Positions 1 to 11,280 of a stretch of DNA of 64,000 nt are shown piece after piece (the first letter of the stretch is position 1; each line of letters begins with the position of its first letter). Under the pieces are notes generated by a model, which did not search any database, was not told where the DNA came from, and saw only the letters and a list, made by a program, of their open reading frames with translations. Origin of the DNA: Lama glama (Eukaryota); NCBI GenBank assembly GCA_028534125.1, contig CM052816.1, forward strand, positions 19,036,001 through 19,100,000. The letters are read 5' to 3'. The translations under genes were made by a program, and so were the position numbers.

Positions 1-259
1 CGTGCACATGTGTGTGTGCACATTAGGGAAAGGGGGGTGTCCTGAGGGGGCCCACCACTCACTACCAGATTGGAATGTCCTCACCATCACTTTACCCAAA
101 AGACAGGCTTGGCAGAAGGTCCCAGGTTTGGAAGGACGTGGAGCCTGTCCCACAGCCTTTAAGCACCAGTCTCTCATTTGGGGTCTGTCTGGACTTGATT
201 TCACACAACTTTCACATGTATGAGTCTCTTCTCTTTAGGCAATTGGTACGCGTGCCCCC

Positions 260-580
260 AGATATTTGCTGTGTCCAGACCCTGTTTGCACTGCACACTG
301 GGACACAGGGCATTGCAGCAGCTCTGTCCCCCAGGGACAACAGGAGGAGGGAAGCACAGGGAAGGCTGGACAGGGACCCACATAACTGACAAGTGGTGGA
401 AAATGGACTGAATGCAGGGGCCCCGGGGGAAATCTCCTTGTTGTAAGGGTCTGAGTGCAGAGAGAGGAAAAGAACTTCCTGAAAGAGGTCACATTTGAAC
501 CGAGCCTTTAAAGATGAACAGTTTGGGATGGAAGATGCATTCTCAGTAGAGAAAACAGCATAAGCAAAAGCGTAGTGCTG
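260..580 (-). mobile_element. Degenerate L2 LINE fragment
   Basis: L2-like stretch aacttcctgaaagaggtcacatttgaaccgagcctttaaagatgaa. Confidence 0.5.
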
Positions 581-1589
581 GGAAAGTGTATCACTAGTTA
601 TTCTGATCCACTCAGTCCGTGGTTCCTGTTGAAGGTGGTAGCAGGTCCTGGGCCACATGGGGTCAGTGCATGTGCCAGAGAGTTTATGTTCCTCAAGTCC
701 ATGCAGGAACAGAGCTGGCTGTTGTAAGTAGCCTTCCTGCATGTGCCAGTGAGATCCTAAAGGACAAACTTCTGGTGATGGACAAGTGATGTGTGCATTG
801 CCCACTGGCAGGTGTGGCCAGTCGACCTCCATGGAGCACCTATCAGTTCTGCATGAGAGTTCAGCTCTTCCCAAGCTCCGTATCAGGATCTGTCTTCCCC
901 CCATACAGTGAGGAGGGGAGGCTCGCGGCATCTGCGCCTGCAGGAGCACTTGGAATGTGCTAGCTGTTTTTGTTTTTCCTTCGGGTCTCCAGGCAGCCTT
1001 TCTGGCCCCCCAGGAGCAGGGAGAGCTTCCCTCATCTGTGTCCCTCTATAACACCCACAGCTAGAAGCCCCTTCTCCTCTCCCAGCTGCTACTCCTGTTC
1101 ATCTGCTCATCCCCAGCCTCTGGTCAGCGGCTGGCTCAGAGGAGGACTCAGCAAGCATTTGTTGTGTGACTCAGATACAAGGAAGGTGGCTCCTATCTTC
1201 TCTCCTTCCCTTCTCACGAAGCAGGGCCAAATTGTCCCCAGAATTTGGGCCACCAAAACACCACCATGCAAGCTGGGATGCCTTGGACCTTGCACAGACA
1301 AGGATGAATATACCTATGCTACAGAAAAGAGAACTGAGATTTAGAGAGTGAGTGGCTTGCCCCACTCAGAGGGTGTTAGGGATAAAACTGAGGCTAGAAC
1401 CAGCAGGCCTGAGCCTCCACACTGGCTCTGGCCGTGGCTGCAGCCTGGCTGGAGCAGCGTGACACCACATCCACACTCGGTGCCTGGCTCTGCTGGCTGG
1501 AGGTGGCTGGAGGTCCCTGCGGGGAGTAAGCATGTCTGGTCTCAGGGAGTCACAGAGGAGTGTCTGACTCCAACCACACCTGTGCTCTG

Positions 1590-1616
1590 TGATCTGTCCT
1601 TCCCAGGCTCCTGTCC
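1590..1616 (+). other. TIFAB: Splice acceptor and 10-nt 5'UTR part of the TIFAB coding exon (exon starts 1607; upstream non-coding exon probably outside the window)
   Basis: Pyrimidine tract ctgtccttcccAG (AG 1605-1606) followed by gctcctgtccATGG. Confidence 0.8.
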
Positions 1617-2249
1617 ATGGAGAAGCCCCTCACGGTTCTGTGGGTGAGCCTGCACCACCCCACGCCGGGCCTGGCCACCTTTGCCAACGTCCCACAGCGG
1701 CTGCAGCATGACACCAGCCCGCTGCTGGTGGGCCGGGGCCCGGACGCCCACCTCCGGCTGGAGCTCCCGCACCTCTCCCGCCGGCACCTGTCGCTGGAGC
1801 CGTACCTGGAGAAGGGCGGCACCCTGCTGACCTTCAACCTGAAGGCCCTGAGCCGCAAGAGCTGCGTGTGGGTCAATGGGCTGACATTGAGGTTCCTGGA
1901 GCAGGTTCCCCTGAGCACCATCAGCAGGATCGCCTTCTCTGGCATCCAGATGGTGGTGCACATTGAAGGAGGCACCTCCCTTGAGGCCTTTGTCTGCTGC
2001 TTCCATCTCAGCCCCTCGCCCCTGATTGACAGGCCCCAGGCTGAGGAGACCGACGAATGGGAAGGTGTTCCCCAGGAACGACCTCCCCCAGCTCCAGGGC
2101 AGCAGGCTCCGGGTCACCTGGGCTTTCTCCACGGCCCTGGCCCTTCGCAGCCAAGCCCTGGCAGAGCAACAGAAACGCAGCTCCAGAGGGAGCCCCCAGA
2201 CAGCGCGCTCCGCCAGCCCCGCTGGTCACCCCGAGCAAGCCTCGGCTGA
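1617..2249 (+). CDS. TIFAB: TRAF-interacting protein with FHA domain B, single coding exon, 210 aa
   Basis: ORF MEKPLTVLWVSLHHP...EETDEWEG matches recalled human TIFAB over 161 aa. FHA hallmarks present: G39-R40, S54-R-R-H57, N87-G88. Lies upstream of MACROH2A1 on the same strand, as in human. Confidence 0.96.
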   Translation: MEKPLTVLWVSLHHPTPGLATFANVPQRLQHDTSPLLVGRGPDAHLRLELPHLSRRHLSLEPYLEKGGTLLTFNLKALSRKSCVWVNGLTLRFLEQVPLSTISRIAFSGIQMVVHIEGGTSLEAFVCCFHLSPSPLIDRPQAEETDEWEGVPQERPPPAPGQQAPGHLGFLHGPGPSQPSPGRATETQLQREPPDSALRQPRWSPRASLG

Positions 2250-2632
2250 AACAGGACTTGAAATATTCAAGCTACATCATGCAAGATTGACCAGCGATGT
2301 CTGACGGGTAATCTTGAACTGATTCTGCAAACACGAACAGCCCGGGGGGAGTGTCCTCCACCGCTACAGCTCTGCGAGGTAACAGGAACTTCATATACTT
2401 TTAGAGGCCCTGAGGGGTTTGGGAGCCTCTCTCGGTGTTTCCCCACATTTCCCCGTCTTGTCTGACTAGGAGTTACTTTATGTTGCTAATTTTGCCTGCT
2501 GCTTAAGAGCTGGAGTTTGAGGTTGCACCAGGAATGCGGGGACACATGTAACAATTACGTTTGTGGTAGCTCAGGGTTACCTTGGGCTTTCAAATACCCA
2601 AAGGCACTCGGGGCTTAGGGAAGCCTGTGTTT

Positions 2633-2638
2633 AATAAA
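2633..2638 (+). terminator. Candidate proximal polyadenylation signal of TIFAB
   Basis: First AATAAA after the stop codon, about 380 nt downstream. Confidence 0.6.
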
Positions 2639-3180
2639 CTGCAAGTATTTCATTAAGCTGGCATACCCAATAGGATTCCCTGATCCCCAGATGGGCCGCA
2701 TGCACGCCACGTCGTCACGCAGAGGCGGGAGCGGGAAATATGGGAGAGGTGTAAGAGGAAATTGGAAAGGTGGGGGCTTGCATTTCTAGAAGGACGAAGG
2801 TAAAGCTCAGGGCTTCCTAGGGATGGGGAGCTGGGGGCTGGGCCAGCCTGGAAGTTCATTGTCACCGTCCTCCATCCTCCTCATCCTTGTGCTCCCCCAC
2901 TCTCACTTCTGGATCAAAGCTTTGGCTGACCAGAGGGCAAAGGTCTTCAGGGAAAGGTGGCTTCCCAGAGCAATGGGCTCTTCTAGGGCTAATTCTAAGA
3001 GAGGATGGGGTGGGAGGTTTTGTTAGAATTCAGTCCAGTAGTTATTTCACTCCAGGTGGGTCATATACCAATGAGGGGTGGGATGGGGGTGGCCTTTCCA
3101 AATAAGGGACTAGTAGCGGACCAAGGCTGGGACAATTTTCTCAGTGCGCGTTGTAGGGGCTGGTCTGTGTCGGGGAGCAG

Positions 3181-3880
3181 AGCACAAGCAGTTACACGCC
3201 ATGCCATCCTAGGATGGGAGAGTGTGGTTTAGAAACCATGTTCACCTGTGGCATGAAGGGAGGAACCTACAAACCCAGATGGTTGCCATCAGCCTAGACC
3301 CTGCACTATGATATCCAAGGCACTGAAGCTGCCCACTGGCTGGCTCACATCCCAGGGGCTGTAACCACCTCCAACAAAGCTTTCAACACTCTCCACTTCC
3401 CGCCCAAGAAGAGAGATCCTTTTGCATCCAGTGCAGGCTGCAAGGAAGTTCAACTGCACAGCCAGCCCAGAGTATTTTCTCTGTGGGGACGATAGCAGTG
3501 GGCAGGACCAGAGACAGGGCGGGAGGGAGCCAAGAAACCCCCAGCTTGCTGTTTCAGACTCTGCTTTTTCGTGAAGTCTCCTTGGGAAACTCACTACCAG
3601 CCTCATAGCAAGTTTCCAAAACAGCACAGCTCCACTCCATGCTAGGCATCATTTTTCTTGAGATAGAAAACCATTGATTGAAATCACCAGATCCTTGACA
3701 CCCACCCCGATTCTTGCCCAGCAGTTGGAATTATCAGGTTGGCTTCTGGTCCTGATCCAGGAGCTGGATAACCCCTGCCTTTGCTGCGCAGCAGCCTGAG
3801 CGGGGCAGTGGGTCCTTCTCAACAATGGCCTCTGTATTCTCTTAGCTCCCACACACAGGGCAGCCCACACTGCTGAGGGG
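3181..3880 (+). pseudogene. DCANP1: Disabled (non-coding) sequence orthologous to human DCANP1/C5orf20
   Basis: Collinear peptide blocks in shifting frames resemble recalled human DCANP1: GLETM, GCHQP, QGL*PP, EGAKKPPACCFRLCFF, SFFL, LKSPDP*HPPRFLPSSWNYQVGFWS*S, SQQWPLYSLSSH, RAAHTAE. Position just 3' of TIFAB is as expected. Confidence 0.75.
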
Positions 3881-3890
3881 TGTGCATGTG

Positions 3891-3931
3891 CACACACACA
3901 CACACACACACAAACACAGGCACACACACAC
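3891..3931. repeat. Imperfect (CA)n microsatellite
   Basis: cacacacacacacacacacacaaacacaggcacacacacac seen directly. Confidence 0.95.
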
Positions 3932-3949
3932 GGTGGTAACTCCAAGCCT

Positions 3950-4145
3950 GGGCTCCACAGTCAGGCTGCTGCCTAGGTTATGGTTCTTGCTCCACACTTC
4001 CTAGTTCTTGGATGAGTGAATCTCCCTGTGCCTCAGGTTCTCCTGCAGGGAAATGGGGAAGATAACAACACTGAGAAGGTAAAGTAAGGCCCCGCAATAA
4101 AGCACCTAGTGAGTGTCTGGCACACAGTAAGTGCTCAGTTGGGTT
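3950..4145 (+). mobile_element. MIR SINE
   Basis: Core-like ctgtgcctcaggttctcc...aaatgggga and tail tggcacacagtaagtgctca. Confidence 0.75.
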
Positions 4146-4799
4146 GACTTTGTCCGATTTAGTGGGATGAATTGAATGCAAGTAGACACGTGGACTTCGC
4201 TTACACACACACACTCACTCATATACACACACATCTACTACAGTCACATCAGTTACAGTCAAGTGTACCCCAGAGCACTACAGTTCCCTGAGATGACATC
4301 TGGAAATGTGTAAAAACACAGCCAAGAGGCTAGCTCCAGGGTGCCCTGTGACCAAAGCAGGCTGAGACGGGAACTGAGAATGGATTCTTTGCACAGCAGC
4401 CCCCCGAGTGGCCAGGCTGCAGTCAGCAAAGGGATATGCAGAAGCAAGAAAGCCCAATGCCCTGTGAGCTGTTTGTCACCACCTCCCTGACCTCCCCCAC
4501 CGCCAGACTGGGCTGCAGGTTGGGAGACCTGCCTTCCACTGTATCTCCTGCCTGAGTCTGGCTCTCCAACTTCGCTCTGCGTCCTCTTCTTCCTCGGTTT
4601 CCGCTCCATGGCACCTGGTGGTGCTGATGCTGCCATCAGGTTACCTGGTCCCTGAATCAGACCCCAACTTTCCTCGCTGCGGCAGCTCTCCCCACACCCC
4701 GTGCTCCAGTCACTCATCCCCACACCAGGCCCCGAGGCCGTGCAAGGGCCGCGTGCGGGGCGAGGAGTCAGCAGAGCCAGCGCCTCCACTGTTCAGAGG

Positions 4800-5240
4800 A
4801 GATTCCGGAGTTAATGAACTCTATTCACATTGCAGGCTGAGGTCCCTCTTACCTTGAAAGTGAACTCGCAGGCGGATTAAAGTGAAATAAAATCTACCAT
4901 TTGAGTTACATTCTCAGCTGATTGGAAACATACATTACCTCCCCGTGACCGGGGCCGTGAGAAGGGAAGTTATTATCTTTCTTTAGAGTTTGTAAACTCT
5001 TTATGGCTGAGGCAGCTTTAATCCTGCTGGGGGAAAAAATGATCCGGGAATAAATTGCTCTCATTTACCTTTGTTTTCCAATCATACGCTCCAGTGGGAA
5101 CAAAACATCCTAAGTGAGTGGATATGGGGAGCCAGGTGATCCCCGACAGAAGAGTTTAATTATTTTCTTCTTTAGGCACGTGAGTTGAAAGGGCTTTATA
5201 CTGCCATTTGGCAAGGGAGCTCGCGCCACAAAAATGTGCA
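4800..5240. promoter_or_regulatory. Candidate developmental enhancer with PITX, HOX, SOX and E-box motifs
   Basis: Non-repetitive AT-richer block: GGATTA 4874-4879, TAATCC 5019-5024, TTTATGGC 5000-5007, CCTTTGTT 5068-5075, TTAATTA 5156-5162, CACGTG 5177-5182. Confidence 0.5.
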
Positions 5241-5859
5241 CCCCTGCAGTGATGCCAGCACCTCTGGGCTGTTACATTCTCTGCCTCTATTTCCCCATGA
5301 TACCCACTTCCTTAAGGGGCACTAGCACCATGGTGCCCAGCTCCAAGACATTTGGGAACAACCAGGAAGGAGGCTGAGAAAGGGCAGATTTGGATCAAAA
5401 TCAAATCACAGTCCAGGAAGGAGGGAGAAACCATGGGGTCTGGGTTCTGGGGGAACTTTCTTTCCTCCTTTGTTATTTCTCTGATCCTCTCTGCATTACC
5501 TAACACAGGGCTTACACAGAGCAGGTACAGGGCAAAGCCAAGGATGCCCCAGGCTCCGAGCCAAGCACGATAACTGCTGGAGGGAGCCCCAGCTGGGATG
5601 TCTGCCTTGCTTTCCTTTAAAGATGCAGAGCCAGGGGGTAGGGGGTGGGGAACCTTCAGAATATGGCTGAGACAGGGGCCTTGGGAGGGAGAGCTCAGCC
5701 AGGCAGTCAGCCACGGGGTTTCTATAGCTGCTTCTCTGAGGGATCTAGATACCGTGATATCACTCCTCCATTCGTTTGCAGCTTGCTGCAGATGGGCTCA
5801 GGAGATGGACCCTATTACCTCCCCTTGCTTGTGGGGGAGGTGGGCTGGGGGTGGCAGGG

Positions 5860-6380
5860 AGTGCATCAGTCAGGATCCAGTCAGGAAAGCAGAACCACTC
5901 TAAATATTTCAAATATTTATTTCTGGGAATTGGGTATACAGGTGACTGAAAAGCCATGCAGGTCATGCAATTCAGAGATCAGCCAGAACAGGAAGGACTA
6001 GCACTGCCAGCTCCCGCCCCTGGGGCGCAGGTCACCCGCAGGAGAGAGACCATGTTACCAGAGTGTGTGCTGTGTGGCAAAGAGCCGGAACGCCCCACGG
6101 AAGCTGGGGCTGTGGCGGCAGAGGCCGTCCGGGGGAGTTGGAGATGTAGAGGAGAGGCAGTGGCCACCAGAGACTCTCCCCAAGGGGTTAAGAGAGAGGG
6201 TGAAACATCCCGGCTTCTCCCCTTTCCTGGCCCCTAGTGGCTCCCATTGGCTGAAGTCGGCCAAAGACGCTGATGAGCAGCCTGGGAAATGCAGCCTGCC
6301 CAGTCCCCTCCCCTTCAGTACAGGGCAGAGAAGGGAAGGGGGAGCGAGGGCTCCGAGTGCACACGGTCAAAGCCAGCACA
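5860..6380. mobile_element. Ancient ERVL-type solo LTR remnant (LTR33/41-like)
   Basis: Starts tgcatcagtcaggatccagtcaggaaagcagaaccactctaaatatttc; a similar start occurs at about 17890. Confidence 0.45.
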
Positions 6381-8247
6381 GGGAGTGCACCCACCTCAGT
6401 GCCCTCAGCCCCAGCCTGAAGCCCTAGGGAGGCCACCAAAAATGGAGAGGCAATGGGTGCACAGCTCAGAGGGCTCCACTGCCTAGTAGGCAAACACAAG
6501 CCCCCCTCCACCACTGTCACCCCAACCCACGTGACCTTTGGCATCTGTAAGAAAGGAAGGAGGGCAAGAGAGGACAAGGGCAGGACTGTGAGGTGCAGAG
6601 AAGGCGCGCTGGCCTGGCCCACACAATCCTGCAGGGAGGTCTGCTTTGAAACCCCTCCTTCCCTCCCACCTGAGAGGCAGGTTCAGCAGAGCCAGGTCCA
6701 AATCCCCACTGCCCTGAAACTTCCTTTATCTCCCAAGTTGCTTTTCTTCAGGCATATCCCTAAAGTGGGGATACTATTAGTATTTCCCTCTCTGCTGTGA
6801 AGATTGAAACACACAGCACATATGGGAACTCAGCACCTACCTTGGAAATGCTAAATAAATGCCAGCCATTTATTATTTAACATGAGACGCCACCCATCCC
6901 CAAATATTCCTCCCTCCAAAAAGCTTCCTTGACTTTTTTCCACAAAGGAGCTGGCTTTCTTCTAGCTCTAAGCCAGTGTCGGGATACTCAGAGGGGATTT
7001 TCAGGCTTGGTTCATGAAACAAAAAGTATTTCCTCAGCTAGGCATACATGTGCTTCCTGTGTGCTCTGCACCATGCTGGCACCTCCCCTCCTGCAGAGCC
7101 CTGGGGGTGGCAGAAACTGTCTGCAGATTGAGCAACCACCTGGCACCCAGTAGGTCCTCAATTAAGTGTCTATTGACAGGGAGAAAGAATTTGGATAGGG
7201 TGAGAGCAGGCCTTTAGGGAATGAGGCTTTGAGAAGTACATTAAACCCCAACGATGATGCTGGTTAAGAGGTTAACATGCACTTTAAACAATTAATTGGG
7301 ATGAGAAGAGGCCAGAGTGAGTGGTTTACTCAGTGAATGGATTCATGTATCTATAGGACTCAGAGCCCCAGAGCCAAGGACAAATCCCAGCAGGGCCATG
7401 CAGGGCCCATACCTCTGACTCCTCGGCACTCTGCTAGCAGGTTTTCCTGTTTCTAGATGAGACCTGAGTCCGTGGTGCAACACAACCACCAGCCCTTCAC
7501 CTCTTGGAAACATGTACACAAGGTGCAGGGCTCCCACACTGGAGCTTCGGCCTGGGAACCCTGGAAGCAGGCAGGCTGGACGCCTGACATCGGAGGCTTC
7601 CAGAACCAGTGCTGGGCCTCATTACTGAGGAGCACGTGGTCCCCTGTGGCACTCGCTGGAGGCCAAAGAGGGAAGCTAATCATCAGGGGGCTCCGTCTTT
7701 CAGTTTTACATTTCTCTTCCCCTAGGCCTGCGGTTGCTGTGCAGATTTCAAGCTGAAACATCAGGAAAGCCTCATGTGGTCTGACTTCCACTTCCCCGGC
7801 ACACACACGCAGGCGCATGCACACACACGCACTCACATGCACACGCCTGCCTCTGGGCTTCATCAAGCACCCCAGGTAAAGTGTCGGCTAGAAGATCACA
7901 GGGTGATGATGAGCTGTGAGTTTTGCTCCTCAGTTAAAGAAAGAGAAAATACCTCTACTTGAGATTCTTAGCATGCTTTACCAACCAGAGGGAATGTTTT
8001 GGCTCAGCTCAGGGGAAAAACAGAAGCCAAGGAGCTCTCATTAGAGGAATGGCAGGGGGCATTTGAGAGGAGGCCAGAGTGTTCTGGATAATGAAATGCC
8101 ATATGCCCTGGACACGAGGGCCTGGGGATGCTGAACAGCTAAGTCTGATGGAGAAAGCAACGCGTTGAGAGGAAGATATTCACCGTGAATATGAGACTCT
8201 GAGAAAGTCACCAAAACTTCACATGCCTCACTTGCATGACTCAACAA

Positions 8248-8629
8248 TCAGGGCTGTGCTGGTAAATGTTTAACAACCTGGGCAATGCATGAGATCTGGT
8301 TGTGGAATTGACCGAGCTCTCATTTCCGTGGTATAAGTTCTCCAACTGTGGTCAATTTCAAGATTATCAAGAGGACATCACTGAACTTGGATTTGGAAAC
8401 AGATGCACAGTGAGCCCAATACTGCACAGCATTCCCAGATGCAATTTACAAGAGCACAGATATAGAAAAGTACAGCAAAGTCATTAGGAAGCAGTGAGTT
8501 TTGATTATTGATCAGTTTTGTATTTAACATAGTTTAACTGTGAGTTCATACAATTTAATTTTTAATAACAGCTTGTTTAACAATCAGCTCTCATAAGACA
8601 GTACGAGAGACCGCTCCAGCACACCATTG
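8248..8629 (-). mobile_element. MER63-like hAT DNA transposon
   Basis: Imperfect terminal inverted repeats cagggctgtgctgg ... ccagcacaccattg; interior resembles recalled MER63. Confidence 0.7.
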
Positions 8630-11074
8630 TATGGAGAAAGTACCTGCCCCTTGTGCTTAACAGTGGGCCAGAGAAACAAAATAACCAATGTGAAAATGTC
8701 TTGGAAATAAAGATGCTACTACACAGAAGCCCTAGAGGGCTCAGAGTAACCATCCTAAGAAATTTATATAATGCTTTGCTATTTCAAAGTGCATGTGTGT
8801 TTAGATTTATAATGTTAGCCATTCAAAATAACTTTATGAAGACGTTAAACCATCCCATGCAACAGATAAAGAAACTGTGTTTCAGAGAGGGGTCACATGC
8901 CCAGACTTCCTCAGCTGGTCAGTGGGGGACCCAGCACCTGATTTATTCTAGATCCTTGGTCTCCTCACCCCCACCATCCATGCACACTTGGGCAGGGGCA
9001 GCTGCTTGGTTCTGGTCAAGCTTGGGTTGCAAAGCCACACTGTCACGGCCCATCTAGCAGCTCTAGCAGATGTCACCAGACAAGTTTACAATTGCAGTGC
9101 TTGTGCTCGGGTCCTGGAGCCAGTCCTCTGGCTTAAAACATGCAACGGGGATGTTAAGTAAGACACCACACTCACTTGTCTCCTAGGAACTCTCTCAGAG
9201 TGCTAGGGCAGTGACAGATTGCCCGGCCTTTAGAAAAAGGAGTACACAGCTCTCTGGGCCCCACCCCATTTCTCTGCCCTCTTGGACACAGGATATTGGA
9301 GTCTCTGGTATATGGATCAGCAGGGAGCAGAGGGGCTTTCAACTCAGTCTCTGAGCCGTAGCCAAACCCCAAGGCCTGCTGGACACAGACAGCAGGGCAG
9401 TGCCCGGTTGGCCACCCAGGCTGTGTGTGCATTACCCAGCAGCTCCTTGGGAGGCCCCAGACAGGCCACTCCCTAACCAGAGCAACTGGCATCATGAACA
9501 CGGCTTGAGGCTTGGATCCCAGACTCCAAACTCACATGTAGCTGGAAACCAGTCCCTAAGAAATCCCCCAGTGCAAAGTAAGCCCTTCTCCCATCTCTCA
9601 CCTTCTCCCAGCTTGGCTACTACCCCTCTGGCTTTTGGGTAGGAGACAACCCATTGCCCAGGCCATGTCCCTTCAAAACTGTGTCATTTCAAATTTTCTG
9701 ACATGTAGGTTTGGTATGCTTGGCTCCTTTAAACATCACTCTTTATGGCCTTTTGCAGTGTAATTTTGTTCCTGTCCTGCCATTCAATTTGAATTAAATA
9801 TCAAACAGATGTGAGTCATTTTTTGCTCTTTATAAAGAAAAAGTTTAATATTAGGGAGCATGCCCTCCTATATGATCAGGAAAGCCATTCGGAGAAATAA
9901 GCCCCTTCAAATTAAAAAAGAATCACATTGGTTAACTTTAAGATGCTTTCAAGTGATACATTTCGAAGTGCTAAGGGAAGGTGTTTCCAGCAAGCTATAA
10001 AGCAGCCAGGAGAAAGGAGGAGAAGATATACGGCTCCAGGCTGATGGGGAAATTGGAGCTCAGAGAGGGGGCAACCCCACCTGGGGAGGAAGCTCTAAGC
10101 TTGGAGATGAGGTTCACAGACGATGGTGGGGGAGGCCATCTTCCCCAAAGGCCTGGCGGGGGCGAGGCATGCTCTCTGCAGCCTGTGTGGTCAGGGGGAA
10201 GGGAGTCAGGAGGAGCTCCATTCTGCACAGAGATCCCACCTGACCTGGGTACTGATTCCCCATCCTCACATACCTGCACCAGCTTGACACATCTCCCCGC
10301 GCCAGCAGTCCCAGGGGTAGACTTGTATGTTGGGGCATGCTGACTGGTGTGTTCCCCTGGTTCCTGCTACAGTCTCCCAGATAGTATAGTCTTTGTCCTT
10401 TCGTTGGTCTTGGATGCCTCTGAAAATGCAGAGACATCTGTGGCTCTTCTTTGAACACAGGAACATGCATAAACCTTCATATAACTGCAGAGGCCCATGG
10501 TCCTCTGATTTAGAACCATCCCTCCCCAAAAATGGCCATCACACAGAGCATCTCATCACCAAGACACTCAACCCAAAGGACCACAGCCCTTCTCTTACAG
10601 AGAACAAGAAGCTACATTTCTGAGCAGGGCCTTGGCGTGAGCTGGAGGAACTGGTCAGTCTCCAAACCCCTCTGGCTTCTTGGCAACATGTATTCCTGGA
10701 GCTCAGCATTATTGGACCTGCCGCCATTCATGGCTACGAGCCAGGGCTTCTCCAGTGCCGGCTCAGGCTAAAGTGTTTCCATGTGGTCCTTTGACTCACT
10801 GCACCTAAAAGGCAGCTCTCCAGCTACAGCAGGCTGACTACAAATGACATTTCCATGTGGCAGGGAAAGGGGCCAGGAGGCCTCTGATTCCAGCTGGTTC
10901 TGGACATTCTGGACCCTGAGACGAGGCTCTGCACACCCAAGGTTCCCCTCTAGGGATGATGTGCAAATGCCCAGAGACCCTGCTCCATGGGGAGCAGGAG
11001 GCCCCACTGATGAGAAACAGAACCAACACTTCCTAGAATTCCGCAGACAAAAGAGAAGTTTCAGTGCAGGGATT

Positions 11075-11280
11075 TAGAGCAAAGAAAAGCCTAGACTTTG
11101 GAGTCAGACAGCCAAAGTCTGGATCCCAGCTCTACCACTTACTACCTCTCCTATAGCCTCAGTTTCTGCCATCTGTAAAGCAGGAATGCCTGTCTCCTAG
11201 GGTGTTCGGAAGGATGAAACAGGCTGATGCATGTGCGACACTAGTACAATGCTTGACCTGCAGCAAGGGCTCAATGTTTT
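11075..11280 (+). mobile_element. MIR SINE
   Basis: agactttggagtcagacag...gatcccagctctaccacttact...gcctcagtttctgccatctgtaaa. Confidence 0.8.

Noticed and set aside
212..949. 245-aa minus-strand ORF
   Set aside because: No recognisable domain, overlaps an L2 relic, and is antisense within the TIFAB intron.
1542..2304. Overlapping ORFs of 196, 141 and 92 aa around TIFAB
   Set aside because: Shadow frames of a GC-rich coding exon.
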